Below, in pieces: positions 39,366 through 50,030 of a DNA stretch of 64,000 nucleotides. Within the stretch, counting starts at the first letter, position 1; each line of letters begins with the position of its first letter. This DNA comes from a virus, in the IMG/VR virus record IMGVR_UViG_3300020048_000070, positions 30,624-94,623 of that record; one strand, 5' to 3'. The notes under the pieces are model-generated. The model was given only the letters and a program-made list of their open reading frames with translations. It was not told the DNA's origin and did not search any database. The translations under genes and the position numbers were made by a program.

Positions 39366-42008
39366 ATGAGCAATTTCTTCACTAGCATGGTAGTCGGGAA
39401 GCCGTTGTGTACGCAATGTGGATTGGACAAGCAAGCAAAAACACCTAGGATGCCTATTATAGGTAAGGGTAAAAAAGGAATATTCATACTATCCGGAGAA
39501 CCTTCAGAAGCTGAGGATGCCCATGGACTACCACTATCAGGAGATAGTGGCACCTATTTAAGAGACGCATTAAAATACTACGGTATAGACTTAGAAGAAG
39601 ATTGTTGGAGAGTAAACGCTGTTAGGTGCGTAGTGAAAGATGGTGATGCATTAAAGTACACAAGTAAATGTCATGCATCCATACAAAAAATGCTAAATGA
39701 CTGCAAACCAAAGAAAATAATACTCCTTGGTACAGTAGCAATTTCTTCTTATTTTTATGATTACCCCGAAGTAACAAAATCCATTCCCGCTAATAGGGGA
39801 TTAGCATATTGGGAACCTAGATTTAATTGCTATGTTTTACCAATAATGCACCCAGCAACATACTGTACATCTAGGGATCAGTCCTTAGTAGCTGGGGCTA
39901 AAGCAGATTTAAAATACGCTATTACTCACAATGCTCCACCACCAGTAATACCAAAACCAGTAGTAACTAGGCTAGTTACTGTAGCTGCTGTATGTGAATA
40001 TCTACAGTGGCTTCTTGTGACAAAACCTACGTTTGCTTTCGACTATGAAGCTACTAATTTAAAACCACAATTAAAAGGGAATAAAGCCGTATCAGTGGGT
40101 ATTTGTACGTCAAGCGGTGCTGTAGCATTCCCCCTGCAACATAAGCACTGGAAAGCCAAAGAACAGGCCCAAATTGAAAGCCTATGGAAACAGGTTCTTG
40201 CCGATAGAAAAATAAAAAAAATAGTTCAGGCCATGAATATAGAGCGGGTGTGGTCTGAAGTTCAGTTTGGGGTATGTCAAGGAATAATATGGGATACACA
40301 ACTAGCTTCACATGTGCTTGATAACCGCGAAGGTGGATTCTTTGGTTTAAAATTCCAGGCATTTTTACGGTGGGGAGTTAGGGACTATTCTAAGTCAATG
40401 GATAGTTATATAAGAGCTACTAATGGGGAACCATTTAATAGAATGGAATATGCTCCACTTGGATCTGTACTCCAATATAATGGTCTAGATGCTCTATATA
40501 CTTATCACATATGGGAAGAACAACAAAAAGAATTCAGAGGTAATGAGTTAGCTGCCTATAGGTTCTTTCATAGGGGATTACTAGTTCTTGGTGAAATGCA
40601 TATGAATGGTATATGCATGGATATTAAGTACTATACAAATCAGATAAAACTATTAGAATCTGAAGTTGCTGAAATGCAAGGGCAAATATTAGCATCTCAA
40701 GAAGCAAAAGACTTCAAAAAGATGTTTAAAAGGGAACTTGTCATAAGTAGCAATGATGACTTAATAGATCTATTCTTTAAGCAATTGAAAATTGTCGCTG
40801 TAAAGAAAACTGCTACCAATAAAGATTCTGTAGATAAAGAAGTAGTAGAGGGTATTGATCATCCAATAGCTAAACTCATAATGAAAATACGCAAGAATGA
40901 AAAGATACGTAGTACGTACCTTGAAGGATTCATGCGTGAACTGGCACAAGGTAAGATATATCCTGTGTTTTCTTTGCATAGGGTAGTATCTTATAGAAGT
41001 TCTAGCTCTATGCCCAATTTTCAGAATATCGCTAAACGGGATAAAAGGGCGAAAAAAATAACAAGAAGTGGCCTTATACCTTCTCCAGGGTGCGTAATAG
41101 GTGAAGGTGACTTTAGTGGCGCAGAGGTATGTATGTCTGCGGCGTATCATAAAGATAAGAACTTCATTAAATACCTTCTTGATAGTAGCACAGATATGCA
41201 TAGAGACTGTGCTAAAGACATATGGTTATTGAAAGACATATGGGATACTATCAATGTAGATATAGTTAAAAATATTCGTCAGAATATGAAAGCTGACTGG
41301 ACATTTGCAGAGTTCTATGGTGCTAGATGGAAAAAATGTGCTATAGCTTTGTGGTCTAAACGTAGTATGAAGATATTCGAAGATGGGTCTACTTTAGAAG
41401 ATAATTTAAAATCTAAAGGAATTAAGACTGAAGCAGCTTTCTTTAAACATGTAGAAGATTTTGAAACTAAGTTCTGGGGTGTAATGTTCCCTGAGTATGC
41501 CTCTTGGAAGAACAAAGTAGTAAGGGATTACATCAGAGATGGATATGTAGAAACATATTTCGGTTTTAGATTTAAAGGTATAATGAACGAACGGGAAGTT
41601 TGTAATTATCCAGTTCAAGGATCTTCTTTTCATATGCTTTTATATGTAGCTTACGAATTAAGTAATGCTCTAAAGAAAGCTGGTATGAAGACAAAGCTGA
41701 TAGGTCAGATTCATGACTCTATTATAGCAGATATTCCTATAGAAGAAGTTGCAGAGTATGCCAGGATGTTAAAAGGTATCATGGCTACGTTACAAGATGT
41801 ATTCCAATGGCTGTGTGTTCCTATAAAGATAGAATTCGAAATTTCGCATGAAAGGGAGAAAGGGGGCTCTTTTGCTGTTTTGGAAGCAGTAGATATGGAA
41901 GCCATAGAAACCATAGAAGAATATAAAGATATTATATATGAAAAAACATTAGGATTGCAGAAAGAGCAATTATTCCATTCAAAACGTATTTATGCGGAGG
42001 CTGTATGA
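39366..42008 (+). CDS. polA: Family A DNA polymerase with N-terminal uracil-DNA-glycosylase (family 4-like) domain and 3'-5' exonuclease
   Basis: C..C.L, GEP, NAVRC, HPA (UDG); FDYE, DALYT (exo); PNFQNI, DFSGAE, R...K...F...YG, NYPVQG, QIHDS (pol). Confidence 0.93.
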   Translation: MSNFFTSMVVGKPLCTQCGLDKQAKTPRMPIIGKGKKGIFILSGEPSEAEDAHGLPLSGDSGTYLRDALKYYGIDLEEDCWRVNAVRCVVKDGDALKYTSKCHASIQKMLNDCKPKKIILLGTVAISSYFYDYPEVTKSIPANRGLAYWEPRFNCYVLPIMHPATYCTSRDQSLVAGAKADLKYAITHNAPPPVIPKPVVTRLVTVAAVCEYLQWLLVTKPTFAFDYEATNLKPQLKGNKAVSVGICTSSGAVAFPLQHKHWKAKEQAQIESLWKQVLADRKIKKIVQAMNIERVWSEVQFGVCQGIIWDTQLASHVLDNREGGFFGLKFQAFLRWGVRDYSKSMDSYIRATNGEPFNRMEYAPLGSVLQYNGLDALYTYHIWEEQQKEFRGNELAAYRFFHRGLLVLGEMHMNGICMDIKYYTNQIKLLESEVAEMQGQILASQEAKDFKKMFKRELVISSNDDLIDLFFKQLKIVAVKKTATNKDSVDKEVVEGIDHPIAKLIMKIRKNEKIRSTYLEGFMRELAQGKIYPVFSLHRVVSYRSSSSMPNFQNIAKRDKRAKKITRSGLIPSPGCVIGEGDFSGAEVCMSAAYHKDKNFIKYLLDSSTDMHRDCAKDIWLLKDIWDTINVDIVKNIRQNMKADWTFAEFYGARWKKCAIALWSKRSMKIFEDGSTLEDNLKSKGIKTEAAFFKHVEDFETKFWGVMFPEYASWKNKVVRDYIRDGYVETYFGFRFKGIMNEREVCNYPVQGSSFHMLLYVAYELSNALKKAGMKTKLIGQIHDSIIADIPIEEVAEYARMLKGIMATLQDVFQWLCVPIKIEFEISHEREKGGSFAVLEAVDMEAIETIEEYKDIIYEKTLGLQKEQLFHSKRIYAEAV

Positions 42009-42820
42009 GTAAGGAAACTACAAAACCAAATCCAGGTAGTCCAGAAGCTGTAGACATTGGATGTACGTGCCCTAGAATGGATAATAGTTATGGAAGAGGA
42101 TATATGGGTGGAGTTAAAGACCCAGAAGGTAATACAGTCTTTGTTATAGCCCAAGGATGCCCAATACATAATATGAGGAACGAGCATGAAAATTGAACAA
42201 AAACCTATATTATTTAATCCAGTTACTATATTACTGGAAACCGAAGAAGAATTAAACGCCTTATTAGAGATCCTAGATGAGTATACTGAAGATGATAGAA
42301 ATGCACACTCATTAAAAACTAAAATATCTAATTGGTATAGTAATGTATATAATACAGTAAGTGAAGTGTGTGCCCTAATAAAAGAAAAACCAATTGCAAA
42401 TAAAGAGGTGGAAAAATATCTTATTTTTAAAAGTGAAGATATTAATAATCTTAGGGGAAATAAGGAATTTAGGTGTGCTCTAGAAACAATTATTAGGTAC
42501 TATCACGGATATAGAGATAAGCATGGTAAAAGTATTAGAAATAAATACATTGTCTGTAATCAAGATGAACCTTATGCAGAAAACGTATGGAGAATAATCC
42601 TAGAAGGGGAGTACAAAAAAACACATGAAAATAATAGAAAACTTTAATATGCTAACAGAAGTAAAGAGAACTTGGAAAGAGCGCTTATTTACTCTGCCAT
42701 GGACTCCATTTAAAGCTACTAAGAAAGTACCATCTAAAGAAGCACTTATTTTTGGATACGATACTTTAATAGTGCATCCCAGTATGCTTGATAAATTTAA
42801 AAATGAGAAGGAGCTACATC

Positions 42821-43213
42821 ATGGGCAAAAAGGTATTTTTAGGTGGGACATGCAATAATTCTACTTGGAGAAACATTTTTATTCCAATGCTGACTATAGA
42901 TTACTTTAATCCTGTAGTAGAAGATTGGACTACTGAATGTCAAGAACGGGAATTACAAGAACGAGCTAATTGCGATGCTTGCCTATACGTAATTACTCCA
43001 GAAATGACAGGAGTATATTCAATAGCAGAAGTAGTAGATGATAGTAATAAAAGACCAGATAAAACGGTTTTTGTATTTATTAATTCGGAAAATAAAAAAT
43101 TTACTGCGCAACAAGAGAAATCATTACAAGCTGTAGCTGTTATGGTTATTAATAATGGTGGTACTTTTTTTAGTAATCTAGAAGACGCGGCATGGTACGT
43201 AAATTCTATCTAG
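42821..43213 (+). CDS. Nucleoside 2-deoxyribosyltransferase-like protein
   Basis: VFLGGTCN.S.WR, YFNP.V.DW, GVYSIAE. Confidence 0.8.
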   Translation: MGKKVFLGGTCNNSTWRNIFIPMLTIDYFNPVVEDWTTECQERELQERANCDACLYVITPEMTGVYSIAEVVDDSNKRPDKTVFVFINSENKKFTAQQEKSLQAVAVMVINNGGTFFSNLEDAAWYVNSI

Positions 43214-43244
43214 CAACAATTCTTTATTATTTTAAACAAATAAG

Positions 43245-43273
43245 TTGACGCATTTTCAAAAAATGGGTATATA
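43245..43273 (+). promoter_or_regulatory. Sigma70-like promoter close to the next ATG (near-leaderless transcript)
   Basis: TTGACG-17-TATATA, ATG at 43280, no obvious RBS. Confidence 0.6.
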
Positions 43274-43279
43274 TACCAA

Positions 43280-43834
43280 ATGGATAAGTTACCTCAATAT
43301 AAATTACGTGCCTGGGAAGAATATGACCTGGCAGATGATTGTATGTTAGATAAGCACAATTTAGACATTGAAGCAGAACAACAAGCTACTTTAATGAATA
43401 AATGGATGGACCTTCTACATCAAGCACGTAAGATATACTCAAAAGCAGAAAGATCTTTGAAATTGGTAGAATCAAAACTCTACCTGGAAGCTATTCAAGG
43501 GGCTACTGCTTTTGGTACTAAAGATAAAAAACCCACTGATGCCCATATCAAAGCGTGGATATATACACAAAAAAGGTATATGGATGCTGTGCAAAGCAGA
43601 GACGAGGCAGAGGAAGATGTTTACTATCTTGAAAAAAATGCTAAAGTATCTCTAGAGCATAAAAAAGCTATGATTGTTGTAGAAAAGGATTTGTGGATAA
43701 GTGGGTTTTTTGCTCGTCCGTCTGTCTCAAGTAAAGTAATGGAGTTATCCGAAAAAGATATGAGAGAACAGACAAAATTAAAACTAGCAGAATCGCTAGG
43801 AAAACGAAACAGGCGTAATGCCGAGGGGAATTAA
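43280..43834 (+). CDS. Putative recombination mediator (UvsY-like)
   Basis: Helical protein with K.TD..IKAWI motif, upstream of SSB and RecA. Confidence 0.55.
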   Translation: MDKLPQYKLRAWEEYDLADDCMLDKHNLDIEAEQQATLMNKWMDLLHQARKIYSKAERSLKLVESKLYLEAIQGATAFGTKDKKPTDAHIKAWIYTQKRYMDAVQSRDEAEEDVYYLEKNAKVSLEHKKAMIVVEKDLWISGFFARPSVSSKVMELSEKDMREQTKLKLAESLGKRNRRNAEGN

Positions 43835-43836
43835 GC

Positions 43837-44880
43837 ATGGCAAGACCACAGATGTCAAGAGAACAAATGAAGGCTGGACTTGGGGACAGGACTAAAGAAG
43901 CTTATGATCGTAAAGATTCAGGTGGACTTTTCAAAAGTTACCTGAAGGATTCTTTGCTTGAAGAGCGCAAGGTTTCCAAGTTCAACCCTGGAAAGGGTCA
44001 ATGGATCATTGATATTATTCCTTATGTTGCAGGAGATCGTGACCCTTTGAATAAAGAAGGTGAATCTGCTTATGTACTTGATATTCTTGTACATATGGGC
44101 GTAGGCCCAGCAGATGAAAGAGTAGTATGTTTGTCTCAGTATAATAAGCCGTGTCCTGTATGCGAGCTTATTAAGCAAATGCAAAGTGAAGATGCAGACT
44201 ATAAGACTGAGATTAAACCGTTGGTAGCAAAGCGTAGAACCCTGTACAATGTGATTGTACGAGAAAACGCAGAAGAAGAGAAAAAAGGTGTACAGCTTTT
44301 AGAAATGGCTCATTTCTTTTTGCAGAAAAATATTTCTGCTCTCAGCAAAAATCCCCGCAAAGGTGGCTACATTGTATTCAGCGATTTGGATGAAGGTAAG
44401 TCTATTGGTTTTAGACGTACTGGTGTAGGCCCAGAGAACACTGCATATGATGCCCATCAGTTTATTGATCGTCCAGAACCAATTACAGATGCTGAATGGC
44501 AAGCTGCTCAATGCCTTGACGAGTTCATTGTAATCAGGGAATATGACGATATCAAGTCCATGCTCGTGGGTGGAAAGAAAAAGAAAGAAACTACCCAAGA
44601 GGAAGAACCAGCCCCACCAGTAAAAACCCGTAGAAGCTTTAACCAGAAGCCAGAAGAAGAGGAAACTCCCGAACAAGAGGAGCAGGGTAATGAAGGTACA
44701 GAGGAAGAAGAGTCTGCACCGCCTCCCCCAGCAAAAACAGGTACCAAGAAAACACGTAAGCCAGCTGCATCTGTATGCCCTGTAGAGGGCGGTGTGTTTG
44801 GTAGCTCATTCGATGAGTTTGTTGAATGTGACACCTGTGTATTTGTAGAATCTTGTGCTGACGCTGCTGCTAAAGCTTAA
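43837..44880 (+). CDS. Single-stranded DNA-binding protein (gp32-like)
   Basis: H...C.......CPVC Zn site, D..EG..I...R.G.G..T.Y, acidic linker. Confidence 0.75.
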   Translation: MARPQMSREQMKAGLGDRTKEAYDRKDSGGLFKSYLKDSLLEERKVSKFNPGKGQWIIDIIPYVAGDRDPLNKEGESAYVLDILVHMGVGPADERVVCLSQYNKPCPVCELIKQMQSEDADYKTEIKPLVAKRRTLYNVIVRENAEEEKKGVQLLEMAHFFLQKNISALSKNPRKGGYIVFSDLDEGKSIGFRRTGVGPENTAYDAHQFIDRPEPITDAEWQAAQCLDEFIVIREYDDIKSMLVGGKKKKETTQEEEPAPPVKTRRSFNQKPEEEETPEQEEQGNEGTEEEESAPPPPAKTGTKKTRKPAASVCPVEGGVFGSSFDEFVECDTCVFVESCADAAAKA

Positions 44881-44926
44881 TTGAGAACAATGGTGCCCCA
44901 TAACGGGGCACCATACTGGGGATAAT

Positions 44927-46006
44927 ATGCAAAAGAGAACAATAGTAATTCCTACTGAATCTGGTACTCCTGTAGTAAAGCGTAACATAAAAGAAGCTGT
45001 AGCATCTGTTAAAGAGAGTGATAAAGTCGAACTGGAACCACTACACAGAGAAAAGCCTGTAGATTACAAAGTAATGTTAAGTACTGGGAGTACCCTCCTT
45101 GATTTAAGTCTTACTGGCGGTAGGGCGCACTCAGGGGGATGTCCATTAGGTATTCTTCTGGAAGTCTTTGGTAGATCAGGTTCTGGAAAGACAAGTGTAC
45201 TAAGCGAGCTTGGTGGAGCTGCACAAGCTGCTGGCGGCACAGTACGTTTTGCAGATCCTGAAGCACGATTAGATAAAGCCTATGCAAAAACATATGGGCT
45301 AAATATTCCTGCCGATAACTATTTCAAACCGGACACAGTTACAGAACTATTTTCACTTATTGAAAATTGGGATCCACCGGCAGGTAAACCCAATGTATTC
45401 GCTGGCGACTCTCTAGCTGCTTTGTCCACTGTGCTTGAAATGGATAAAGGGGATAAGATGGGAATGCGTAGAGCTAAAGAGTTTAGCGAAGGGCTACGCA
45501 AGAACTGTAGATTGATTGAAAAACGCGATTGGTTAATAGCGTGTAGTAATCAGGTGAGACATGGAGACTACGGTGACGTTACTCCCGGAGGGATGGCGGT
45601 AGAATTTTACTCATCTGCCCGTATCAGTATCAATCGGACTGGGTTCATTGAGAAAGAGCGGAGTTTAAAAGGAAAGACCAAGAAGATTAAACGTATTCTT
45701 GGTATTGTTTCTCAATGCAAGGTAGTTAAATCATCAATAGATAAACCCTACAGGGAATGCCCCGTATATATTATGTTCGATTATGGAATCGACGATGTAC
45801 GGGCTAATCTTCAATATGTCAAAGATATTGAGGAACACTCGAAATATTGGGTGGGTGAAGACCATGCTGGATATGTAGCTATGGATGACGCTATTGCTTA
45901 CATTGAGGATAACAATCTCGAATCAATGTTAAAGGAGCATGTAATCCAATTATGGAACCTAGTCGAAGAAAGATTCAAAATAGAACGAAAAATGAAGAAG
46001 CGGTAA
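44927..46006 (+). CDS. recA: RecA/UvsX-like recombinase
   Basis: STGS..LD, GRSGSGKT, DPEARLD, DSLAAL, NQVR, TPGG.A..FYSS.R. Confidence 0.92.
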   Translation: MQKRTIVIPTESGTPVVKRNIKEAVASVKESDKVELEPLHREKPVDYKVMLSTGSTLLDLSLTGGRAHSGGCPLGILLEVFGRSGSGKTSVLSELGGAAQAAGGTVRFADPEARLDKAYAKTYGLNIPADNYFKPDTVTELFSLIENWDPPAGKPNVFAGDSLAALSTVLEMDKGDKMGMRRAKEFSEGLRKNCRLIEKRDWLIACSNQVRHGDYGDVTPGGMAVEFYSSARISINRTGFIEKERSLKGKTKKIKRILGIVSQCKVVKSSIDKPYRECPVYIMFDYGIDDVRANLQYVKDIEEHSKYWVGEDHAGYVAMDDAIAYIEDNNLESMLKEHVIQLWNLVEERFKIERKMKKR

Positions 46007-46230
46007 TACCTTTAAAACGAAGAGTACTTACTGTAAACAGTAAACCTCCACGGTTTAAATCGCAGCAGGGTACGGGTATTAAGTGCCCTGCTTGCGGTCA
46101 AATGACAAGAGTAATAAGGTCTATGCCTAAACCAGATGAAGGAATTCATGGTAGGTATAGAAAATGCGATGGATGCGATTTACGCATGTATACGGAAGAG
46201 CGCATAACATATAGAATAGATAAAAAATGA
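45952..46230 (+). CDS. Zn-ribbon protein (Ogr/Delta or NrdR N-terminal-like)
   Basis: CPACG...TRV..S......RYRKC..C..R.YT.E. Confidence 0.6.
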   Translation: MEPSRRKIQNRTKNEEAVIPLKRRVLTVNSKPPRFKSQQGTGIKCPACGQMTRVIRSMPKPDEGIHGRYRKCDGCDLRMYTEERITYRIDKK

Positions 46231-47108
46231 AAATATTACTGATAGATGGTAGTGCAATTTGTTACATGATGTTACATGCCCTACCTACTTTATCTACTAA
46301 AGAGTTACCCACAAGCGTTATCTATGGGTTTTTAACTCAATTAGTCCATTACCAAAAAATGAATGCGGCAGATAAAATAGTATTTGCCTTTGATAGTAAA
46401 CAATCTAAACGTACTGAACTTTTTCCAGAATATAAAGCTAAGAGAAAAGCTAAGAAGAAAAAAGAGTACGATGAAGCCACAAAAGAAGAAAAAGAAAAGA
46501 TTTCTGTAATAAGAGATCAGTTTAGTGTTGTTCAATTTGAAATACTTCCTTCATTAGGGTTTAATAATATATTCAGTCAAGATGGATATGAAGGTGACGA
46601 TATAATAGCTAGTGTTTGTTATTCTAACAAACAGCATAAGATAGTTATAATAGCGAATGATGGTGATCTATATCAGTTAATAACTGGTAATCATGTTATG
46701 TACCATATAAAAAACAGGGAAATGATTACTGAAGAAAAAATATGTCAAAGATATCAAATTCATCCTAGTAGATTCAGTGATATGAAGTCCCTAGCTGGCT
46801 GTACTGGTGATGAAGTGCCGGGAATACCTGGAGTAGGGGAAACAAAGGCTATACAGTATCTTTGTGGTGATCTAAAAAAGACTTCAGTTACCTATAAGAA
46901 GATTATCAATAGTGATAAAATTATAGAGTTTACTAGGAAACTGGTAGTCTTGCCCTTTGAAGGTGTAAATAGTTTTAAGATACAAAAAGATGACTGTACT
47001 GTAGATAAATTCAAACATGTATTTACTGAGTATGGGTTTCATTCCATGCTAGAACCTGGGTATTTACTAGATATTAAAAGGGGGTTCTGTAATGCAACTT
47101 TTCTTTGA
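46227..47108 (+). CDS. 5'-3' exonuclease / flap endonuclease (T4 RNase H-like)
   Basis: LIDG, FD, YKA.R, EGDDII, NDGDL.QL, GIPGVG.TKA. Confidence 0.92.
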   Translation: MKILLIDGSAICYMMLHALPTLSTKELPTSVIYGFLTQLVHYQKMNAADKIVFAFDSKQSKRTELFPEYKAKRKAKKKKEYDEATKEEKEKISVIRDQFSVVQFEILPSLGFNNIFSQDGYEGDDIIASVCYSNKQHKIVIIANDGDLYQLITGNHVMYHIKNREMITEEKICQRYQIHPSRFSDMKSLAGCTGDEVPGIPGVGETKAIQYLCGDLKKTSVTYKKIINSDKIIEFTRKLVVLPFEGVNSFKIQKDDCTVDKFKHVFTEYGFHSMLEPGYLLDIKRGFCNATFL

Positions 47109-47425
47109 GAGACGAATTATTCCTAAACCAGTAGTTGAAGAGCCAGAAGTAGTTACTATACCTACAAGAAGACGGATAATAACTACCAGTGTTTCAGACT
47201 GGGAAGATATAATATTACGGCATTTAAAACCATCTAACAGATGGATGTATGGGCACTTAAGTAAAATAGGGGACTTATTTACAATTAGATCACTATCCAC
47301 GGTACGTGTACCAAAAGAGGTTATTGATAAAATGCTCTCAAACAAGCAAATTGCGCTTGGAGAAGATGATTACTATTATGTAATCGAAAACAACAGTAGT
47401 ACTAACTAAAACAAGGAGAATTACC

Positions 47426-47743
47426 ATGAGTGACGTAGCAACAGCAGAAGTAGTAGAAGATAAAGACCAAGTATCTCGAAAAACCCTTGCTAAAAATGTA
47501 GCAGAGTTATATGAGATTTCGGCTTCTTTGGCCGAACGTGTTATTATGACAGTCTTTGAAGAGATTGCAGAATCCGTATCCATGGGTAAAACAGTATCTG
47601 TTCCTGGATTCGGCAAGTTTAAGCCTATAGTAAAAGCTGCCCGTACTGCCCGTAATCCCAAAACTGGTGGTACAGTTGAAGTTCCAGAGAAAAATGCTAT
47701 TCGTTTTTCAGTCTCTTCTTCTCTGAAAAAAGCTCTTGCATAA
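47426..47743 (+). CDS. hup: HU/IHF-family DNA-binding protein
   Basis: GFGKF, ARTARNPKTG, F.VS..LK. Confidence 0.93.
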   Translation: MSDVATAEVVEDKDQVSRKTLAKNVAELYEISASLAERVIMTVFEEIAESVSMGKTVSVPGFGKFKPIVKAARTARNPKTGGTVEVPEKNAIRFSVSSSLKKALA

Positions 47744-47769
47744 TGTAGCAGCAGTATAACTTTTTATGT

Positions 47770-47800
47770 AAGCCGGAGGTGTTAACACCTCCGGCTTTTC
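47770..47800 (+). terminator. Rho-independent terminator
   Basis: AAGCCGGAGGTG-TTAA-CACCTCCGGCTT-TTC. Confidence 0.75.
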
Positions 47801-47814
47801 GTGTTTAAACTACT

Positions 47815-48438
47815 ATGAAAAAACGTAATCTAGGCAAAAATATTGTAGTAAATTTAGAATGTAGGCACCATGATCCAGAATTAAATTGTATAATATCTGG
47901 TAAAAAAGCTTGTGTACAAAACTGCCAAGATTTTATGGGGTTTTCAAATGAGCCATTTCAATTATCTAGTAAACATATAAGTGTACTACGAAACAACCTG
48001 CTAACACTTCAAGGTGGTAAATGCAAAATATGCTCTGTAGATTTAACTAAAGATTCAGCTGCTTGTCTAGATCATCACCATCAAAAGAAGAATAAAGGCA
48101 GTGGCTTAATTCGTGGAGTAGTATGTCGTACTTGCAATTCCTTTCTTGCTAAAAGTGAGAATAACGCTACTAGATTCCGAATATCTAAAGAGCAACTACC
48201 TATTATATTAATGCAAATGGCATCATACCTAACCAGCGCACAGTATCCGTATATGCACCCATCTGAGAAACCAAAGGTAAGGAAACTAACTAAACTATCT
48301 TATAATAGATTAGTAAAAGCTATGAAATTAGCTAAAGAAAACAAAATACCAGAGTACCCTAAGAGTGGTACACTGACTATATTACTAACATCCTTATGCG
48401 AAAAGTACAAAGTAATTCCCGAATATTACAATAAATAG
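47815..48438 (+). CDS. Recombination endonuclease VII (Holliday junction resolvase)
   Basis: Q.GKC.IC, CLDHHH, G.IRGVVC..CN. Confidence 0.85.
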   Translation: MKKRNLGKNIVVNLECRHHDPELNCIISGKKACVQNCQDFMGFSNEPFQLSSKHISVLRNNLLTLQGGKCKICSVDLTKDSAACLDHHHQKKNKGSGLIRGVVCRTCNSFLAKSENNATRFRISKEQLPIILMQMASYLTSAQYPYMHPSEKPKVRKLTKLSYNRLVKAMKLAKENKIPEYPKSGTLTILLTSLCEKYKVIPEYYNK

Positions 48439-48680
48439 GTTGCTATATATGAACATTTATAGTACTATTGCCTTAATAAAATGAGGTAAAATATGAAAGA
48501 CAACGAAGAACTAGAGTTAACAATAGATTGTATTGGAGTGGATGAAAAACTACATTTATGTTTACCTTCAAAGAACGTAACTACTTGTGGGATAAAAATA
48601 AGAAGCAAAATTGTTAAGTCTAAAGATTGGGCTACAAGAAACAGTTGCTATGAATGCACATATGATAACGAGGATTAACT

Positions 48681-50030
48681 ATGCAAACACTTGAAGAAGT
48701 TAATACAGCACTTATAAAGTTAGCAGAGACTGCTGGAAGAAACGATAAAACTGCTTTGTTAACAGAATACTTGCGGTATGAATTATTCAAAAAAGTAGTC
48801 ACTTACGCTTTATCTTCTAATATGGTTTACCATATAGAAAAATTTCCAAAGTTTAAACCATCCATGTTTGCGCCTAAGTTCTATCAAGATAGAATATTTG
48901 AAATGTTGGATACGTTAGCCGCGCAAACTGGGGCTACGACACAAGATAAACTTGCATTGTATAATGTCTCATGCGCATCTTATGGTGCTTACGATGTTGT
49001 TAAAAAGATATTGCAAAAAGATTTAAAATGTGGTGTTGGGCCGAAAACTATAAATGCTGCTTGTCCTCATACTATCTTCTATGTGCCCTATTGCAGATGT
49101 TCATCAGATTCCATTGAAGATAAATTCTGGAAGAAGCCGGGAAACCGATTTGCGCAATTAAAAGAAGATGGTATGTTCGCTAATGTTATTTTAACTGCGG
49201 AGTTTACAGAATTCTTATCAAGAAACGGAATAAAGATTAACCAGCTGGATAATTTGGGATACGATCTTAACTACGGGTTTAGGAAGCTTGCAGCTTCCCC
49301 ACAAGTAGGAACTGGAGAACTCCTTATAATTCGCGATGGTAAAGTATTAGATAGACAAACTGGCAATGGTATTCTGAATAGTCTTATTCACGGAACTGCT
49401 AGTAAAGAAGATTCTGATTCTGTGGGAATTAGATTATGGGATATGGTACCATATACGGAGTTTTGGGAAAATTATGAAACTTCTGTACCTTATGAAACTA
49501 GGTTTCATAATGTATCTACTTTCGTTAAAAAAGTAGATAAACCACTTTATGTGGATACTGTGTATACTGAAATAATCAAATCTAAAGAAGAAGGGCAATA
49601 CTTCTACAGAAGAATGAGAGCCCTGGGACATGAAGGAGCCGTACTAAAAGACCCTAATGCTAAATGGGCTGACCATACTAGCCCTGGAATGATGAAGATG
49701 AAGAATGTCTCTACGTGTGCTTTGGTTCTTACTGGTTGGAAATCAGGTAAAGAAGACAGTAAGTATGAAGATGTTATGGGTGCATTGTTCTTTGAATCTA
49801 AATGTGGAAAATTAAAAGTAACTGTAAACGGTAAGTCTGATGAAATGCGATCCTTCGATTGGGATTCAAAGATAGGAACAATATGGACTATTGAGTTTGA
49901 AAGAGTATCATATTCTAAAAGTAAAGATACTGCTTCATTGTACTTACCCAGGATACAAAAAGAAAGACCAGATAGAAGTTACGCAGATACTTTGGAAGAA
50001 ATTGAAACTAGGCTTCAAAAGGAGAAATAA
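48681..50030 (+). CDS. lig: ATP-dependent DNA ligase
   Basis: KEDG motif I, GEL, EGAVLK, KMK, SLYLPR...R.D. Confidence 0.9.
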   Translation: MQTLEEVNTALIKLAETAGRNDKTALLTEYLRYELFKKVVTYALSSNMVYHIEKFPKFKPSMFAPKFYQDRIFEMLDTLAAQTGATTQDKLALYNVSCASYGAYDVVKKILQKDLKCGVGPKTINAACPHTIFYVPYCRCSSDSIEDKFWKKPGNRFAQLKEDGMFANVILTAEFTEFLSRNGIKINQLDNLGYDLNYGFRKLAASPQVGTGELLIIRDGKVLDRQTGNGILNSLIHGTASKEDSDSVGIRLWDMVPYTEFWENYETSVPYETRFHNVSTFVKKVDKPLYVDTVYTEIIKSKEEGQYFYRRMRALGHEGAVLKDPNAKWADHTSPGMMKMKNVSTCALVLTGWKSGKEDSKYEDVMGALFFESKCGKLKVTVNGKSDEMRSFDWDSKIGTIWTIEFERVSYSKSKDTASLYLPRIQKERPDRSYADTLEEIETRLQKEK

